Shown piece after piece: positions 61,864-64,000 of a DNA stretch of 64,000 nucleotides. Within the stretch, counting starts at the first letter, position 1, and each line of letters starts with the position of its first letter. Position numbers and translations under genes: made by a program. Location: IMG/VR virus record IMGVR_UViG_3300048861_000043, positions 3,178 through 67,177 of that record; one strand, given 5' to 3'. This DNA comes from a virus (lineage: Duplodnaviria; Caudoviricetes). The notes under the pieces are model-generated. The model saw only the letters and a list, made by a program, of their open reading frames with translations, was not told the DNA's origin and ran no database searches.

Positions 61864-63546
61864 TTAAGCTGCGATTTTCACGACTCGAGTTTCCGGAGCG
61901 ACAGCGAACGTCCGGCTTTCGCCATTCACTGCTAGCAAGCGTGATTCAGGTCGGACGACGAACGCGCGAGATTCAGCAGAAACCCGAAAGACCCGCTTTT
62001 CGGCGGCCACAACGAACGTGATCGGGTCGATGCTAGGCGTGTATATGCGCCCGCTCGCCGCCGATACATTGGCCTGCTGCGTACTTGCCGCAGTGCCTAT
62101 GATTGCGCTACCTACGACGGAGCCGGTCGCGTCGGATATGTCCGGTTGTTGCGAGACATGCGCGGAACCCGATACCGCGACGAGACCGGACGCAGAACCG
62201 CCATTGGCCATTTGAATCGAGGCAGACGATCCGCGGACCGCAATAAAAGCCACGCCAGACGATGCGTTCTTGACCTGCGTCGAAGCGCTTGAACCTGACA
62301 CCGAAACCGCGCCAGTCGCCGCGGAGAGATTCGCAGCCTGAGTGCTGGCCGCACTGCCTTGCGCGATATTGCCGATTGCACCTGACGCGCTCGAGACGTT
62401 CGGCGTTTGCGTGTCGGATGCTGAACCAGAAACCTTGATTGCACCCGAGGCCGCGCTTGCGTTGGCCTGCTGCGTGGAAGCGCAAGCGCCCGAAACCAAC
62501 ACGAGGCCCGACGTCGAGGTCGAATTAGCCGCTTGGATCGACGAACCGAAGCCACTGACGGAGACGGCACCAGATGCGGCGCTCGCGCTCTTTATCTGCG
62601 TTGATGCCGCGGTTCCTGAAACGGAAACCTTCCCGCTTGCGGCGCTGACGTTGGATGCCTGTGTGCTTGCAGCCGAGGCAGAGACGGCTATCGCGCCGGA
62701 TGCTGCAGATGCGTTGGCGCTCTGCGTGCTGGCCGATGATCCCGAAACGGAAGTCGAGCCAGTCGCTGATGATGTGTTAGCCGCCTGAGTCGAAGCACCG
62801 GATCCCGTGATGGACGTAGATGCCGGCGTGTAGGTGATACGGATTTGGCCCAAGCCGCCTGCGCCGCCGTTACCACCGTCGCCGTTACAGCCGCCACCCC
62901 CTGCACCGGGAGAGCCTGCCGCCCCGGCGTTTGTGGTGACCGTGCCGCCGTTACCACCACCACCACCGCCGCCGTTCTGGTTGGATGTGCCTGCACCGCC
63001 AGTGGTCGATCCGCCTGTTCCACCGTTACCGCCCGAGCCGTTGTCACCCTTACCGCCCGCACCGCTGGCCGATGCTGTACCGCTACCGCCGACTGCGCCT
63101 GCGCCTTGTGGGCCGGGTGCGCCTGCGCCGCCGCCACCGGCACCGTTCGAGCCGATAGCGCCACCAGCCGAACCGGCTGTAGCTGTACCCTTCGCGCCCG
63201 TAGTAGTAGCACCTGCGCCACCCGTGCCGGAAGCGGAGCCACCCGTGCCGCCGTTGGCCGCGACCGTACTGGCCGCCTGAGTGGTTGCGCCGAACCACGT
63301 GGCCCCGCCATTGCCGCCGCTGGTGACTGCGCCGACACCTGCCGCACCAATGGCGTACGAGACTGTGCCGCTAAGGCCAGCCACATTGCTAACGGTCGAG
63401 TAGCCGCCAGATCCGCCACCGCCACCGCCTGAGATTGCCGAGCCGCCACCTGCGCCACCACCGCCCCAAACCTCAATCTGGTTCGTCCCGCTCCAATCAG
63501 CCGGGACCGTCCATGTTGACCCCGACGTCAGAATGATCGTGGTCAT
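61864..63546 (-). CDS. Side fibre protein: Gly-rich N-terminal domain, ~12 x 21-aa repeats, ESR-repeat C-terminus
   Basis: TSG..WTVP.DW...IEVWGGGG; VSG.AASTQ.AN.SAASG repeats; (A/P)E(S/T)R.F.V tail. Confidence 0.8.
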   Translation of the reverse strand: MTTIILTSGSTWTVPADWSGTNQIEVWGGGGAGGGSAISGGGGGGSGGYSTVSNVAGLSGTVSYAIGAAGVGAVTSGGNGGATWFGATTQAASTVAANGGTGGSASGTGGAGATTTGAKGTATAGSAGGAIGSNGAGGGGAGAPGPQGAGAVGGSGTASASGAGGKGDNGSGGNGGTGGSTTGGAGTSNQNGGGGGGGNGGTVTTNAGAAGSPGAGGGGCNGDGGNGGAGGLGQIRITYTPASTSITGSGASTQAANTSSATGSTSVSGSSASTQSANASAASGAIAVSASAASTQASNVSAASGKVSVSGTAASTQIKSASAASGAVSVSGFGSSIQAANSTSTSGLVLVSGACASTQQANASAASGAIKVSGSASDTQTPNVSSASGAIGNIAQGSAASTQAANLSAATGAVSVSGSSASTQVKNASSGVAFIAVRGSSASIQMANGGSASGLVAVSGSAHVSQQPDISDATGSVVGSAIIGTAASTQQANVSAASGRIYTPSIDPITFVVAAEKRVFRVSAESRAFVVRPESRLLAVNGESRTFAVAPETRVVKIAA

Positions 63547-63554
63547 GGTTGGGA

Positions 63555-63968
63555 TTAGTTGCCGTTAGTGAGGGTCCAGCCAGAGATGCTTACTTGCTGG
63601 CCCGTTGCGATGCTGGTCGTGCCGGTCAAGTTCAAATCGGCGCCCGAGGTGCCAACCGAGCCGTCGATCAGTGCGGTGCCGCCGGATGTCGTGAGGCGGG
63701 ACCACGTTGCTGCGGTGCCAGCGCCTGCGCCAGCCGTTCCGGTGCCGTTGCCGATCGCACCGACAGTGAGTACGCCCGCCGATGCAGTACCGAAGGTTAC
63801 GGCACACGTATGCGTAGAAAGGGCGACTTGCGACGTAACTGCAACGTCGGGCGATGCGGGCTGAGTGCCGCTGTAGAGCGTGAGGATTGCGGAGGCGCCG
63901 GCTGCGGTACTGATTGCCGCTTGCTGGCTGGTCTTGAGCGCCGCCGAATATTTAAGGTTCGATGCCAT
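63555..63968 (-). CDS. Tail fibre-associated structural protein
   Basis: L.LYSG.QP...GTG...G.ATW.R....G....DGSVG..GADL.L. Confidence 0.75.
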   Translation of the reverse strand: MASNLKYSAALKTSQQAAISTAAGASAILTLYSGTQPASPDVAVTSQVALSTHTCAVTFGTASAGVLTVGAIGNGTGTAGAGAGTAATWSRLTTSGGTALIDGSVGTSGADLNLTGTTSIATGQQVSISGWTLTNGN

Positions 63969-64000
63969 TGATTTCCTTCAGGCGAAAACAGGCTATGGTG

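Larger units (their letters stand above)
1..64000. mobile_element. Temperate myophage genome, near complete, circularly permuted/attP form
   Basis: Complete packaging, head, contractile tail, immunity, replication, recombination and int modules; late genes run off the left edge and resume at the right edge; no host genes. Confidence 0.95.

Noticed and set aside
1-64000. CRISPR array, tRNA genes, reverse transcriptase/DGR, invertase shufflon, IS element, purZ
   Set aside because: No regularly spaced repeat-spacer array, cloverleaf with T-loop consensus, or diagnostic motifs seen; tRNAscan-SE/Aragorn would confirm

Overview
The whole window is one lambdoid-type temperate myophage genome of about 60% GC. 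A Burkholderia/Paraburkholderia-like betaproteobacterial host is inferred from gene content and a CTGT-N8-ACAG LexA box. No host chromosomal genes are visible. On the minus strand (1-40.7 kb, read right to left) lie cro, cII-like, O/P-like replication and nin-like genes, a Q-like antiterminator with a pR'/tR'-like late promoter, terminase, portal, DUF2213/DUF2184 head genes, a DUF3383 contractile tail, baseplate and fibre genes. On the plus strand (40.8-57.7 kb) lie cI with two co-transcribed genes and a long early-left operon: ncRNA-rich leaders, many small ORFs, RecT/YqaJ, RNA ligase, a PAPS-reductase-like enzyme, xis and int. After int come an apparently intact attP, a LexA-box operon ending in a stand-alone ATP-dependent DNA ligase, and then the distal end of the late operon (side-fibre module, holin-like gene, lipoprotein, lipase). 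The sequence therefore looks like the circular, unintegrated form (or a tandem copy) rather than a flanked prophage. The strongest unexplained signals are: (1) a cluster of structured kissing-loop RNAs in the early-left leader, one with a 12-nt perfect antisense site 5.7 kb downstream just ahead of a terminator that gates RNA ligase to xis/int; (2) a 40-aa type IV prepilin-like peptide missed by the ORF track; (3) a lysis-like cassette with lipoprotein and lipase but no visible endolysin or spanin pair; (4) an SOS-controlled ligase and an Rmf-like gene beside attP. All family assignments come from motif recognition by eye; no database search was run.
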